Part shown: positions 47,671-61,513 of the stretch, piece by piece
Layout of the letters: the number at the start of each line of letters is the position of its first letter
Position numbering within the stretch: the first letter of the stretch is position 1
DNA from: the human T2T-CHM13v2.0 reference genome, Homo sapiens
Strand: one strand, 5' to 3'
Length of the DNA: 64,000 bases
NCBI RefSeq assembly: GCF_009914755.1
Contig: NC_060930.1
The notes under the pieces: generated by a model
The model's database searches: none
What the model was told of the DNA's origin: nothing
What the model saw: the letters and a program-made list of their open reading frames with translations, nothing else
Translations under genes and position numbers: made by a program

Positions 47671-47989
47671 TTATGATTATTGTTGATGGTAACAATTAAA
47701 GGTTGAAGAGGTGATGATATCTTGCCATTCTCAATTGAAAGTTTAGACTATGGCCACACAAGAGTCCGTACCTTAAAGAAGACAATGCTATCTCAGCACA
47801 AAAATGAATGAAGAAAGTATGTAAAGCAAAGCCAAGATTTTCCTCAAAAAAATCCTTTCAAGGGTTTTGCTTCTGCAAATGGGTAGGTGGTGATTTATCA
47901 CATTATTGTATCCATTCATTACATATGCAAATATTCTGTAAATTTCTTGCTGATAGGCCCCAGCCTGGTTCTCTTTAAATACCCCAGAG

Positions 47990-48150
47990 CATCATTTCTC
48001 AAACTGTACTCTTCATAGAGATTGCCTGAGGACATGTTAAAATGCAGATTAATTCAGAAGGTCTGGGGTGGAGCCTGAGACTCTGCATCTCTAACAAGCT
48101 CATGGGTATTACAGATACTGCTTGTCCAGGACCACACTTTAAGGACCAAG
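47990..48150. mobile_element. MER5A
   Basis: tgttaaaatgcagatt...ggtctggggtggagcctgagactctgcatctctaacaagct. Confidence 0.75.
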
Positions 48151-48442
48151 GTCTTCAGCACCTCACACAGGGCTAAATGGGATGGGCCAATCAGTGTTGA
48201 GTGAGTGAGTACTGATTAACTCATAGGTGGCAGGGCAAAGGAAGAATTAATAGAAAAAGTTTAAATCCAGTAATAAGGAAAGCAGCAGCTAGAGCCTCTC
48301 TCTCTCCCTCTCCCTTTCCCCATAGTCTTAATAAAAGATAATTTCTACCCGCTTGGCATATCCCTTCTCAGAGTTTTCCATCTTTTGCTAAAATAATGTA
48401 CAATCCTCCTAGAAATCCCTTCACTGAACAGCATGTTCTGAT

Positions 48443-48578
48443 AGGGTAACCAACTCACTCCAATTTTCCTAGGACCAAGTTTTAGCACTAAGAGTTCTGC
48501 ATTCCAGTTTTAAAACTGAGTCTTGTGTCCTGGGAACCCCCTCAGTCCCAAGCAAACTGGGAAAGTTGGCCAACCTAC
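48443..48578. mobile_element. MER94-like hAT-Blackjack MITE
   Basis: agggtaaccaact...agttggccaacct terminal inverted repeats. Confidence 0.7.
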
Positions 48579-49574
48579 CTGTGCAAAGCACTTTGTCTAG
48601 GGGAAACAAAAATGACTGAGTCACCTGTTTGCCTTAAGGTGGAGGGAGCTGAAGAAGGTATGTGTGGCCTGAACAGCAAAGGTAACTTTGAAAGAAGATC
48701 AAAGCCCCTTATAACTCTATAGAGAAAACTACACTATGCCCTACACTCAAACCAATAATTACTGGGTTAATACAGAATATGATCTTTCACTCTGAGCTCC
48801 ATATATCATCTGACCTTCCTTAAATCATGGAGAAATAAGTGCAAGTTATGCTTGCTTTGTTTTATGTGCAGAAACAAGGTGGGGTGGGCCTCATAATTCA
48901 CTCTTCTAGGCAAAATAGGGTCAGAAAAAAATCTGTTCTTTTGAACAATGAGTTTGTGGCCAAACCACACTGCTTTTAAATATGTTCTAAGCTGCAGTCC
49001 TCTGGACTCCAGAATAAACCATGACAAAAATCCAAAGCATTAAGGAAAAGGGCTTTATGCTCTAATGTTTATTCGTTAACAAACATAAGCATCAGTATTC
49101 CTGAGATTCTTGCAATCTGGCTGGGTTGTTTTTAACTGGCTGTGTCCCTCAGAAAGCAGAAAGTCATGGAGAAATATTTGATTTTCCATAGAACTAACCC
49201 AATTCATAAGGCTATGTTGACAAGACCCACCACCCTCTGTATTGCCCACTACTCAAATGGCAATCAGTTTTCCATGCTAGCCAAGTATCCCAGTGTGCAT
49301 CAGTTCACAAACTTATGAAATATCAAACATGTATGAAAGTTATGTAGGACCCAATTATGCCTGACACCACCAGCCAAACTATAATCCTTTATGTGGCAAG
49401 TGAGTTCATTTAAGGGCTCAAATGTTTGTTGCTCATTTAAATACTTATGTCAGTAAACAAAAGACAGTGAGTCACAGTGAATATGGAATTCATTACACAG
49501 AAGGACTAGATTCCTATCAGCAAGAACACTAGCTTCAGAGGGTCAGACATACTGTGAGACCCTCCCCAGATTAC

Positions 49575-49850
49575 CAATATCCGCAGCTCTGGAAGGCTCC
49601 ACCATATCCAGTCTAGGTTTCACATTTAGGAAGAGGTCTTCTCCAGTGGCACTGATGGCAAGACCAGAGGGTCTCACCAACATCAAGATCCGATGCATTC
49701 CAACAGGTAGCAAATCTGTCTGACAGACTACATTGGTCTGGTTTGAGAAAATAACTTTGCAACTCGTTTTGTTCACTGTAACCTGCAAGAACTGGGAGTC
49801 ACCAGAGAAACCAGTTCCGGTAATGTAAATCATTAGGTTGATGTCACCAT
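49575..49850 (-). CDS. PKHD1: Fibrocystin exon 27 (276 bp; [12 protein letters not shown]...RAADI)
   Basis: Overlaps ORF 49543..49833; IPT/TIG-like sequence; AG/GT boundaries. Confidence 0.97.
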
Positions 49851-50340
49851 CTTAAAGGAGAAAAGAAATTAAAAAACAAATAAAATAATCTCTCAGTGAT
49901 ATTACTTCATTTGAGAGACCTCTCACTATCATCAAATGTTCCTTCTCTGCCCCCATCCCCTCCCAAAATTCAAGGAGCTGAATGCTGAATTAAATATTGG
50001 CCATCTGTATTTGTTATTGTAGTACACAGCCCCGATCTTAAATTTTCTCTAACTAGTGAGAAGTGATCACTGCTCAATTTTTTAAAAGAACATAATATTT
50101 CAAAATAAAGGACAAAGACAATAAAACATTTTTAGTCATCAAAAGTCCATCTCTCCCCATTTCAAATCATGACCATATCCCTTAGATGGACCAAAAAATA
50201 CACTTTCTGCTACGTCACTCAACCTCTGCCTAATGAACTAATTTATCTTCTACCCACCCATCACCAGCTACATGGCCTCTAACAAAATCACTGCAAGTCT
50301 CCGGCTTAAGCCCATCTCAGAGCCAAGTGACAAATCATAC

Positions 50341-50446
50341 CAATGGAGTACCACACAGAATGGACACAGGGAGTTGACCCTTGGAGGTACTGGAAAGAGC
50401 AGGAACCTGGGCAATGAGCTGGTACATCATTCACTCGCACAACCAC
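50341..50446 (-). CDS. PKHD1: Fibrocystin exon 26 (106 bp; [12 protein letters not shown]...WYSI)
   Basis: Within ORF 50306..50530; AG/GT boundaries. Confidence 0.97.
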
Positions 50447-51681
50447 CTGAAATGAGGCAAAATTTCTTTTCCATTTTATGCATTTCATATCTACCAGGGT
50501 ATTCATAAAGTATATGTGAAGTGCTCCCAAGCTGACACGTGTTCATGATTCGCTAATTCTTATTCCTTTTTTCTATTTTTCCAGTAATTAATCTTAAATT
50601 GCAATGAATGGCTCAAAACACATGAAGCTTTCTTAAAATGATGGTGGACATGCTGAACCCCATTTCTGTAATTAAATGTGATAAATATTGAGTAAATTTA
50701 TCTCTGTCATATAGAAGTAAACTTCATAAACTTAAACTGCATAAGGACTTCTTATCACTCTGTATTTCCAACCAGGTACCTACTTTATGTGACAAGCTCT
50801 TTATTTGCTAGTAAAGACCAACAAATTCGGTGCATTCCTTCCACCACTCTGTGAATATATAACTAAAGACTAGAGTGTATTTGGACACTTTACTTGGGGT
50901 CTCTTTTGTCACAGAATGGTAGATTCCTAAAGAGAGACTATATATCTTTCCCTTTCACTGGAACTAATGTTAATCTAATAGAACTCAAAAACTACTTGGA
51001 AATGAGAAAGGTAAAAAAGATGTGACCCCACTGATTCTCTATGTATAAAAAATGCATTAATAGCATACAGATTATATTCATGACAGTGTTTCCTTATTAA
51101 AGGAAGAGGTATTGCAATGGCATGGACAATAAAGAACACTTCAATTTTATCTGTACTGTTTCATTTTTTCCATAAAGACAAAAAATATAAATATATCAGA
51201 ATGTTGACAATGTCAATTTTCAGTTTGGGTCCCCAGGTGTTGATAATATTATTCTTTATTGTTTTTGTATTTTAAAACTTTATCAAATTGAAAGTAGATG
51301 ACCTATAACAGAAATATGGAAAGATAGGAAAAAAATAAAAGGACTTTTTAAAGACAAAAAGAATGACTTAGCTCATTTACTTTTTGATACCACCAGGTAG
51401 AAGCATAAATCATATTTAGCTATAGAAATTATCAATTTTTTGTACCATAACAACAGTATCAATAATTATAATAGAATATTGTGGTTACAAGGCATTTATA
51501 TTTTCAGGGAACTGTACATACCCTGTGGAGGTAGAAAAAGGACAGCCATAAGTACCCCTGTTTTACACATTGGCAAAATGACCCTTAAGAGCTAAATCAA
51601 TGAGTCCATGTTACAAATCAGTGAGGAGTGAGTTAGACTTGAAACTGGAGCTTGCACTTAGGGTGGCCCATTCACTCTCAC

Positions 51682-51804
51682 CTGAGTATGCTGGTTGGCA
51701 GTAGCCAACATGTCTCCAAATATGGGTCCAAGAAAAACTCCACCATCATATACCACACGCGTGGCTGCAGCAGGATTCACTCCAGTAAGGTTTTCATCAG
51801 AGAC
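51682..51804 (-). CDS. PKHD1: Fibrocystin exon 25 (123 bp; [10 protein letters not shown]...NQHTQ)
   Basis: cag/gtgaga boundaries; translation match. Confidence 0.96.
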
Positions 51805-52719
51805 CTGAGATGGTTACATTTCTGGTAAATTCTGTCATGGAACCGAAATCTAATCTCGTCTAATCAAATAATAAAGAGTTTTTTCACATTGTGTTTCAGA
51901 TAATCAGACAGCTAGAAAGTGAAAGCAGAGTAACAGAGAATTGAAATATAGAAACGTAACAGTAAATAATGGCTGAGGAAAGTCCCAGTAGATTAGAGAA
52001 ATATTCATTTGCAAGTGGATTGCCAAAAGAGGTACAATAAATCAATCTTCTCTCTAAGTCTTGAGACACTTTGCTTCTCCATGCTTTTCCATTTTATATG
52101 TTTGCAATCCAAAATATTAAAATAAAGTGGAAAGAAACAGTGCCATGAGATAAGAGCAAGGTCTCCCATTCTTCCTCCATCTCCTTTCTAGAATTTCGAT
52201 TGAAAACCAGATAACCCACAACACCATACAACTAGGAAAAATTTTCATCTTGGGCTTCATTTTATAATAACCAAATGCTAGTTGATCATTAGATTATTTT
52301 TTAAGACCCTAAATATGCAAGAGCATCTGGTTTTGTCATTACCCAAAGACAGCAAATTCTTTTCTAAAATTCCTTCTGCTATGCCATCTGCTTCCACAAT
52401 CATCTAAGTCAATCACATCTGCTTAAATTATCCAATAACAGATGTAGAATTATTGCATGGTGGACACTGACCAATAACTTCACTACCTACACTGAGTTAG
52501 GAAGGGAGATGTTGGGTTTAAATTGCTTTTTCAGGGATATGATATACAAAATATGTGTTGAAAACTTCCAGAAAGAAAGTTCATAGAATCCCTTTACTCA
52601 AATATTCCAACAAAATTAATAATTCATGACAGTTTCCATTTGTATAATTCTGATTTTTTTTTTTGCAGAATTTCTCCAGGGCAGCAAATCCATGCCACTA
52701 GAAGGGATACTATACATAC

Positions 52720-52904
52720 CCTGATAAAATTGGGCAAATCCCCAATCTGAGTGGACCAGGACAAGGTCCACACGTGTTCGTAGCAAGTGTATAGATCCTC
52801 CTTCACAGTGAAGTCACTGGCATTGAGGTACCTGGATGTGAAGTCATCGGCATTATTCTGTAAGAGCTGGTGAAGGTGATGAGCAGAAATTTGTACAGGG
52901 ACAT
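52720..52904 (-). CDS. PKHD1: Fibrocystin exon 24 (185 bp; [10 protein letters not shown]...PNFIR)
   Basis: Within ORF 52624..52941; AG/GT boundaries. Confidence 0.97.
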
Positions 52905-54504
52905 CTGTGAGAGAAGGTTTTGATACAGAAAACACAGACACTAATTAATCCACCTTACAGAGTTTCATCCTCAAGGATAACACGATACATACTAGGATGC
53001 CTATCAAATTTTCAGGAGACCCTTCTGTCAAAGTAGAACTTCAGTAGAATCCCCAGCCATAATTAAACCATTTTTTCCTAAGGTAAAGACAAGTAGATGC
53101 CCACTTTTTATATTACACTATCTTTCACTCATACCATATCACACAGCAATCAGAGAGCACAGCCATGTCAGATAAAACCATCTCAACTGTCAACTCAAAA
53201 TGTAAACTCCACACACCCTTGTAATGCCTGAAAGCATAATTAAATATTAGATCTTCCCTGGAAAAATTTAGCTGGCCCTGTGAACAGAGAAAAATTGGCC
53301 ACTTTTCACAGGGAGTGAGGGAGGTGTACAGCAGCTGACACCCATAAAAACTTGGCCAGCCCAGCTGAGGAATGTTGGCATTTAACTTCAGTTTCTCTAT
53401 TAGAATTTTCTTTAAGCCCAACCACCTGCTTCCCCATTCCATGTCCCCACAGAAGAATAACAGCTCTCTGTATTTGAACCCTGCTTTGTGCTCTACCAGA
53501 AGTTCCCATTTCATTAGCTGCTCCCAGCAGCCCTGTGAGGTGGGTCATTGGGTATCCTAATGTCTACTTTAGGGATGAAGAAAATGAAACCCAACCATAT
53601 GCAGAAGCTTGCCAATGCAGAAAGACAGGTTTACATGAAAACACAGGTTGCCTTCTACCTACTCAAGAGCATTTCTCTTGAATTCCACGCTGCCCTGAAG
53701 GGCTAATAAAATATCACTGCGTTTCTAAATTGCAAACGAAATTGTTATCCTTTTACAAATCATGTTTCTACATTTATACAGAGTTTCAGATCCATCATCA
53801 TTCAAAAGGCCAGGCCAAGGCTGACTTTCCCAGTTGTTTTGCAGGCGGTGATCTGAGGATCATCAGTGATAGAAATCAGTAGCAGGAAGTCTCTACGGAT
53901 GAGCTGTCTTCCATGAGAAGTAAAATCAAATATAAATAGCACAGTAATGAGCCTCATAGAGGCAGGGCACGATTGATGTTTTTTCCCCCATTTACCAGAA
54001 TCAACACCTAGGGATCTTCGACTTCTCCTGAGTCACCCTATTATAATAAAAATACCACTCTGTTCCTCTCACCCAAGAAGGTCCTGTGCAGGCCTAGGGA
54101 CTTTCTGCTTGGGAGGGCAAAAGACTTTTGGACCATGTTCCAACTTTTATACAGCCTCTCTCAAGTTCTACTGAGCCTTGCTTCTGATTCCCCATGTTTC
54201 TACCAAATAAGTAACGTATCATTATCACTTCTAATCTTTGTTCTTTGTGCATTGTATGTATTCTTGAAGATTTACAAACACTACTCTAATTGCATCTGAA
54301 AGTTCTTTCTACATTTGTTGGGACCACTGAAATCCTCCATAGTACATGGTGTCACCATTAAGTCTAACTCTGACGGACCATGGCTACCATGTATCTTGGT
54401 CTATAAAACTCTAGAAAGAAGAGGACTGACCCAGGAATCAAATACCTGGGTTCACAACTGGACCCTGTCATCAGCTATTTGTATGACCTTTTGGAAAGCT
54501 TCAG

Positions 54505-54968
54505 TGTAGTTGGCTGAACGGTGAACCCCCTAAAAGATGGCCTAATGGCCTAATCCCCAGAAAATATGAATGTTAACTTATAAAGCAAAATAATAAACTG
54601 CATATGGCAAAAGATGTGGCTAAGGGTCTTGAGAGGAAAAATCTGTCCTAGATTATCCCAGGTGGACCCTAAATACAATTATATAATAGGTACCCTTATA
54701 AGAGAGAGGCAGAGAAAATTTTGAGATAGAAGAGGAAGAAGCAACGTGACCACAGAGGCGGTGGTTGGAGTGATATGGCCACAGCCAAGACATGCTAGCC
54801 ACCACCAGAAGCCAGAAGAGGCAGGAGCAAATACTTCACAGGAGTGTGGCCCTGCCGACAACTTGATTTTGGACTTCTGGCCCCAGAACTGGGGGAGAAT
54901 CATTTTTTGCTGTTTGAAGCCACCAAGTTTGTGGTTAACTCCTTACAACAGTCCCAGGAAGCTGATCC
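54505..54968 (+). mobile_element. MLT1D-type solo LTR
   Basis: ctagattatcccaggtggaccctaaat...ttggacttctggccccagaactg...aagccaccaagtttgtggt. Confidence 0.8.
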
Positions 54969-55207
54969 ACTCAGTTTCCACAACTATACATCTTCCGCAT
55001 CTACAAAATGTAAAGGTTGGGGTAGCATTAACAATAAGTCCCTTTCCAAATCTTTCACTTTAAGAATGTCACTTTCAGACACTGGAAAATAAATAAAATA
55101 GCTTTAATATTATCACCTGTCTGACAACCTCCCAGGATGTTGTTCCCTTGGGAATGTAAGTGAGAATATGTGAGTGAGAATTGTTGCAACCCCAATCACC
55201 CCTTTAC

Positions 55208-55335
55208 CAGAAATCACTGTATTAGGAAGCTGGATGCGAAAGTGTCCTCCTAGAGGTGGACTTGTCCGCTGTCGTCTCTGTGTCGTCACCAGGACCAGTC
55301 CAGATCCCTCTTCTGTTCCTTCAGTGGGCACAGAG
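55208..55335 (-). CDS. PKHD1: Fibrocystin exon 23 (128 bp; [10 protein letters not shown]...NTVIS)
   Basis: Within ORF 55113..55355; AG/GT boundaries. Confidence 0.97.
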
Positions 55336-55800
55336 CTGTGGCACGTCAGAAACAAAGTATTAACGTCTGGGTTGGGGTGTGCACCTAGGAGGACCTTGTC
55401 TGAAGGATGTCCTGTCTTGCTTAGGCTGCAGCCTTCCAGAAAGAGCTAAGGGACCTGAGGAAACTCAGTAAGGGAGTTTTCAGGACCACTCGATGTGAGA
55501 ATCATTTCAGAGTAACTTAATTCGTGTCTATCATTTCAGAGCTAAAAACGTTGGCATTTAGAGCCTACCGATATGGTGGGCTTCCTCTCTGCCACTGAAG
55601 ATGTCTCACCTCTTCATTTTCAATGGATGGTTTTATTGCTTTTCCTGCCCAGAGGACCATGGAACAAACATTTAGTCAAGGAAAGTAAAGCACGGGTTCA
55701 AACTTTCTGCACCTGCCTTTAATATGCCATTGCAGCATGCTGTAGGTACGAGAACTCATTTTGGAACATATGAGAAAAAGATGAGAGAAAGAAACCTATA

Positions 55801-56139
55801 CAGTTATGCATCACTTAACAGTGAGGATACATTTTAAGAAATGCATCCTTAGACAGTCTCATCATTGTGCAACCATCATGCAGTTTACTTACACAAACCT
55901 AGATGGTACAGCCTACCACACACCTAGGCTATATGGTATAGCCTGTTGCTCCTAGGCTACAAGCCTGCTGCTGTACTGAATACTGTAGGCAATTGTAACA
56001 CAATGCTACATATTTGTGTATCCAAACATATCTAAACATACAAAAGCTACAGTAAAAATATGGTAGTATAATCTTATAGGACCACCATCATATATTTGGT
56101 CCATCACCGACAGATACATTGTTATGTGGTGCATGACTG
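55801..56139 (+). mobile_element. Tigger3a-type (TcMar) element
   Basis: cagttatgcatcacttaac...gttatgtggtgcatgactg inverted ends flanked by TA. Confidence 0.85.
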
Positions 56140-56392
56140 TATATTTAGACATATATGTGTATACACATATATACACTGTGAATATATATATCCCTACACC
56201 CACATATACATATACATACATCAAAGGCAGAGCACTCAATTCTTCCCATTCTACTGGGGTTTAGGTGAAAAATTAAAAGAACAAATTAGAGTATACATGT
56301 GTTCCAGAAGCTTAGAAGAAGCCTGATCCTTAGTTACTGCTTTGTAAACTGTGGCTAGAAATGGTTATTATGAAGCAATGCTTATGGGGCTT

Positions 56393-56411
56393 TAGTGCCA
56401 TCTGGTGGTGA
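56393..56411 (-). promoter_or_regulatory. Candidate CTCF site
   Basis: Minus strand CACCACCAGATGGCACTA, strong consensus match. Confidence 0.6.
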
Positions 56412-56581
56412 GTTCTTAGAAATAGCTATTTTTCTTCTCTAGACATTTCATTTCAAAGGATTTCAACAAGATTAACACATGAGGAATGCAATGAAAAGAA
56501 CAACAACAAAACAAAACAGTGGTGATGTGAACCTCTGAACAGCACAAAATGCCACTATTTTTAAACTAACTGACTCGGAAT

Positions 56582-56765
56582 TAGTTCTCAAAGCGTAGTC
56601 CCCAGACCAGCAGAATCAGCATCACCAAGGAACTTATTAAAAATGCAAATTGTCAGGTTTTTCCCCAAACCTACTGCCTTAGAAACTCTGACAGTAGGCC
56701 CAGTAATTTTAACAATACTTCCAGGTGAATCTGGTGCTGCATTCTCAAGATTGAGAACATTGCTT
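56582..56765. mobile_element. MER5A
   Basis: gttctcaaagcgtagtccccagaccagcag...caagattgagaacattg. Confidence 0.8.
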
Positions 56766-56872
56766 TAAGCAACAAGACAGGTAGCTTTTCCTGAAAAAAG
56801 TCACACCTGTGTCCCCCAAGGCCAACAAGCATTCTTAGGAGAAGGGACAGGTGTAAAAAAGCCACTCCTTAC

Positions 56873-57011
56873 CATGCAGTGATGAGCGGGAGCTCCGTGC
56901 CACACCCCGCCAGCCAGGAGGTGACACTGTAGACCGGAGGGGATCCCACCACAGAGACTGATTCCACCAGATTGCCCCCTGGGCGAGCCGTTCCAGAATC
57001 AGCTTGAGAAA
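56873..57011 (-). CDS. PKHD1: Fibrocystin exon 22 (139 bp; [13 protein letters not shown]...LITA)
   Basis: tag/gtaagg boundaries; translation match. Confidence 0.96.
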
Positions 57012-59339
57012 CTAGAGACCAGTGATCCAATTACTATCAAGTGACTTAAGATGGTAGACTTGCTGTGTGGAAAATCCCAGTTGGAAATGTGAGTTACTCA
57101 GATCTCAGTACACACCTAAAGCATAGATTCCTACTTATCTGCTGCCATAAAGAACACATGGAGAGGACGCAGGAGGATAAGCCATTCAGTTTAGTACAAA
57201 AAGGAAAGTGCAAGGTCCTGATTTAAGGAGATGAAGATTGATTCCATAGAAAAGTTCAATAACCCCACAGCTAGTAAAATGTCACTCCCTATGCTCTTGG
57301 AGGCACTCCTACACAGTTAATCTATTGCAGTATAGCCTGCCACCCTTTCCTCCTTTCCTTCCCACAGCCCCTGGCAACTCTAGGGATGTTTAGCTGATCC
57401 TCTTAGGAGCACTGAACTCAGAGGCATACACAGGGGCACTTGGGTGTTTATCCACAGTGTGGAGCCAGCATGTGTGCAGAAAGGGTGCAAGCTTTAAGAG
57501 AGACCACTGGTCAAATCCTGATTTTTTCACTTCTATTGGATTCCCACTCAGCTAATCCACACACACTCCATAAGACTCAGTTTTCTTATGTGTAAAGCGG
57601 GGATTATGACATGCATGATTGATAGCAATCAATCTGACAAGGAGAGCTTAGTGAGATTTAAGATTTAAAATGATCAGCACAATATCAACATCCTTTTAGC
57701 TTCTTCCCCAAGATTGGTTACAATGGAGACTTTAAAGAGTTTAAGGGCAACACCTTTGTCTAATTCGTCTTCTCATGCTTGATGCTTAGCACATGCTAGG
57801 CATAGACTAGGTGGTCAATAAATGATTACTTGCTCAGCTGGGTAGATCAGTTCGAGGGTCAGTGATCATTAGATTCCGATCTCCTCCACAGCTCCGCTGT
57901 GTGAATTGGGGCAAAATACTCCACTCCTTTTAGCCTTGGTTTCCCCACCCATAGGTGGGGATAACAGGACCAACTCATGGGCTTCTGAGAACTAAACGAG
58001 AAATAAATGGAAGCTACCACTATCCAGTGGTAGTGGGAGATACAAAGAAGTTTCATAGAGGACATTAGTCAGGGGAATATCATCAAGTATAAAATTGAGA
58101 TCAGATAAATGATATACAATTAACTATGAATATTGAGCCCAATTGTGTAGTTTATGTTGCCATTAAATAATTCTGAAAACAAAGCCATTGCCAGCAGGGT
58201 TAATGTGATAAAGTGGGAGGCAGACCGTTTCATGTATGCTACCCCCATCTTCCCTCTTGTCTCCGCCCTCTCCCTTCCTGCTCCCACCTCACCTCACCCC
58301 TGGATGATTCCAGATACACAGAGAATTTGGTGGCAAAGAGGTGAGGGCAGTAAGAAAAAGTTCTGAATCCTTGGCTTCAAGTGTTTGGCGAGGCAGAATG
58401 GCATTAAAGGGAGAGAAAAGAAAACTGAACAGCACCTATTATCCAGTCCTGAGTTTTCCAACTAGTGGACTCCAGTGTATGAAATATTGATTCCCTCAGC
58501 CTTCTGGAAATTGAGGCAGCACTTGGGGTCAGGCAGTCACCCAGCACGTCACTTGAGTAGTGTCATTTTCTAAGTGTGCCAGAGCACAAACAGGTTTGGA
58601 ACAATAAGCAATGACCCAGATGTCCCCAAAACACTTAAACTATGGAAACAGAGGAGAGATGGGATTTTGATGAGAATCAAAGATGATGTAATTTCAAGGC
58701 TGATAAAGAGTCCTCTTGCCACCCATCCCCAAGTTCCCCTGCCTTCAGTACTGCAATGTTTAGGCAAAAGACTGAAAAGTTGTACATTTTCTAAATCAAA
58801 ATGTAAATTAAGGTATCATCTTTTTCTTCTTGGAGAGGGAAATAAACTATAAAAAGTAGGCTAGCTGAGCCCCAAAGCCACAAGGGATTTGACAGAGAAG
58901 GAAACATGAGCAAAAGTTGGAAGCCTGAAGACACTGAGGGCAAACTGCACCATTCTGCCTTGGCTGTGGGCGCACATCACACACAGACACCTCAGCAGGG
59001 CCCAGGAGGAGGACTTTGTCCCTAAGACTAGCGGGCAAGAGCCAGGTGAGACCACTGTGCCCAAGAGTGGTCAAGGGAGAGTTCGGGAAGGAAGAGCCGG
59101 GCCTGATCTCTAAATAATGAGTAGGAAGAGTCTGGAGAGACAGAAAGGACAAGGGCCTTCTCTCTGAAGAAGATGATTACCTTCTAACTCTCACTGCGTC
59201 TGTCTTGAAGGTTGTAAATCAGACTCTTGGCCCATTTACAGAGACAGACACTGCTGAGTTCCTTCCAGCACCTGGTATGACATATTAACTCATGGAAAGG
59301 TGGAGAAATCCTGCTAGTCTAATGATAACAATAATAATA

Positions 59340-59530
59340 ACAATAATTGCTTATATTTATTAGACACCTTCTATGGACAAGACCAGTAAGGAGTACTTTA
59401 TATTAAACTTTAGTTAATCTTCACCATAATCTAATGAAGTAGGGTCCTTATTATACCCATTTTACAGATGAAGAAACCAAGACTTCCCAGCAAGAAAGTG
59501 GGAAAACTGGAGTAAGAATACAGACACCAG
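59340..59530 (-). mobile_element. MIR
   Basis: cccattttacagatgaagaaaccaag core. Confidence 0.7.
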
Positions 59531-59749
59531 AAGTAAGAGAAAATCGTGGGGAAAATAGGAAAGAAGAGGGACTAGAGAGACATAGTACCAAAGACACATA
59601 ATCCCAGCCCCATCTGTTTTCTAGAGCCAAGGCAGGCAAAAAGGAGGATCACCTGTTCTCTCCTCATTAAAAAAAACAGTAACCCCTAGCAGGAAAGTTT
59701 GAGGTAGGCATGTGACCGGCTTGTGGAGGAGAGAGAATTTGATGATTAC

Positions 59750-59925
59750 CTGTTACGTTTGTGTCTGCAATAATAATTTCATCCACATAGAACAGGCCCG
59801 TCTCCTGGGCCAGAGGGAGAAGGTTGATCTGATGAACCAGCACTGGGGAGTTTGCCGGAGGGGGCTGGAGATCCCCGAAGCAACGCACACAAGTCTCCCA
59901 GAGGTCAGTGCAATCGAACTGCCAG
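59750..59925 (-). CDS. PKHD1: Fibrocystin exon 21 (176 bp; [10 protein letters not shown]...DTNVT)
   Basis: Within ORF 59667..60002; AG/GT boundaries. Confidence 0.97.
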
Positions 59926-60711
59926 CTGAAAAACAGCATGGAGCAGAACTGGGCTCTCAGGGAGCACTTGCAGTCCTCTCCGGTTAGAGCCCTTGTTCCC
60001 AACCTGGGGGGCCTGTGAGCTATGCAGCCAGGAGAGAGACCCCATGAACCCCTGCACCCAAGCAGTCCTGGGTGCCAAGGCTACAAACATCCCACCCAAG
60101 ATGGGATCAGCTCAGCCTTGGTTATAATGCTAGTAGTCACCTTTTAAGTCAATCATTCATCCATGACATGCAATGTCAGCAGCATTTTCAAATTACAGTT
60201 TAACTGTGTGTCTTAAGCAAATTATAATGTGAGGCTGTAACCACAGAGAAGATTGATACTTCTGGACATTACCAGTTTCATTTAGGTTTAAGACCATTTA
60301 CAAGACCCATGAGAATTATGTGGAAAGCACTGAATCAAGGGATCAAGACAGCTGAATTTTATTCCAGGGTCACTAGCTGAATGAATTTTGATGAATCACA
60401 AATTCTTGGGGCCCCAAATTTCCTCTTTCTGTCATGTCAAAGAATGTTCTCTAAGGTTTCCCCCAACTACGCTGTTCTACAATTCTATCCCTATGAGAAA
60501 TGTCAGACTCCCTCTAGGGAGTAGTATATTCTTAACAACTAACTGCTCTGGAGTCAAACTTTTTTGTCAAATAAAATATATTCAAATCCCCAAATTAGTG
60601 TATGAGGCCCAAATATAAGACCATTAGTGCCTGAGGTGGGTAACTGTCCCCAAAACAGTGAATCCTCCCAGCTGACTGAATTCCCACCACGCCTCCCCAC
60701 CGATTAGCTAC

Positions 60712-60839
60712 CTCTCGGGGCTGGTCCTCGTGAGACTCCAGTCACAGGTGGTATTCTTTACCATGTTTTGAAAGCCGATTGTGAAGGACACAATCATCTT
60801 CAGGATCTTGTTCATGTGGCCTTTGTATGCAAGACACAG
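60712..60839 (-). CDS. PKHD1: Fibrocystin exon 20 (128 bp; [11 protein letters not shown]...TSPE)
   Basis: tag/gtagct boundaries; translation match. Confidence 0.96.
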
Positions 60840-61124
60840 CTATGGACACCAAATAAGTCCTTCAGTTCTATTAGTGCAAGAAGCAGTCATTCAAACAATA
60901 CGTAGTGAGGAGTCCACATCCCTAGAACCCTGCCATAGGCTCTGAGAGAGTCAGCACAGTTCCTGCCCTTCCAGAGCTTACCAGTGTAGCCAGAGAGACA
61001 AATAACTTAAATTGTTATTTCCCTACCTAAATAAAGCTAAGGAAAAATACAATAAATACTTTTTCTGAGACCAAAAAAATGTCATCAAACAGAGTTTTTA
61101 AATGCTTAGCACTGTGCTTGGCAG

Positions 61125-61374
61125 TGAGGATTTTAGAGTATCTCACTTAAGAAAACCCCTGTTCTAACCCAATTACCCGTGCAACCTCGAGCAAGTAACT
61201 CAACCTCTCTGAGCCTCAGTTCCTCAACTCTAACTCCCCAGCATCCTTGGTTTCTAACTCAGTTAAAGGCAAAGCTGTTGCCACAAGAAGACTTTAGAGC
61301 AGGAGTTTTCAGCCTCGGCACTATCAATATTCTAGGGGCTGGATAATTCTTTGTCATAGGGGCTGTTCTGTGCA
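61125..61374 (+). repeat. Local direct repeat copy 1 (~250 bp)
   Basis: About 90% identical by eye to 62478-62724. Confidence 0.95.
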
Positions 61375-61513
61375 TTATAGGATGTTCAACAGCTTCCCTG
61401 GCCTCCACCCACCAGATGCCAATAGCACTTCCCCAGTTGCAACAACGAAAACTGTCTCCATACATTGCCAACTCTTCCCTGGGGGGCAAAATCACCTCCA
61501 CTGGGCACCCCTG
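61299..61513. mobile_element. MER20 (complete)
   Basis: ggctggataattctttgt...ggatgttcaacagc...ccagatgccaatagcac...ggggggcaaaatcacc. Confidence 0.88.
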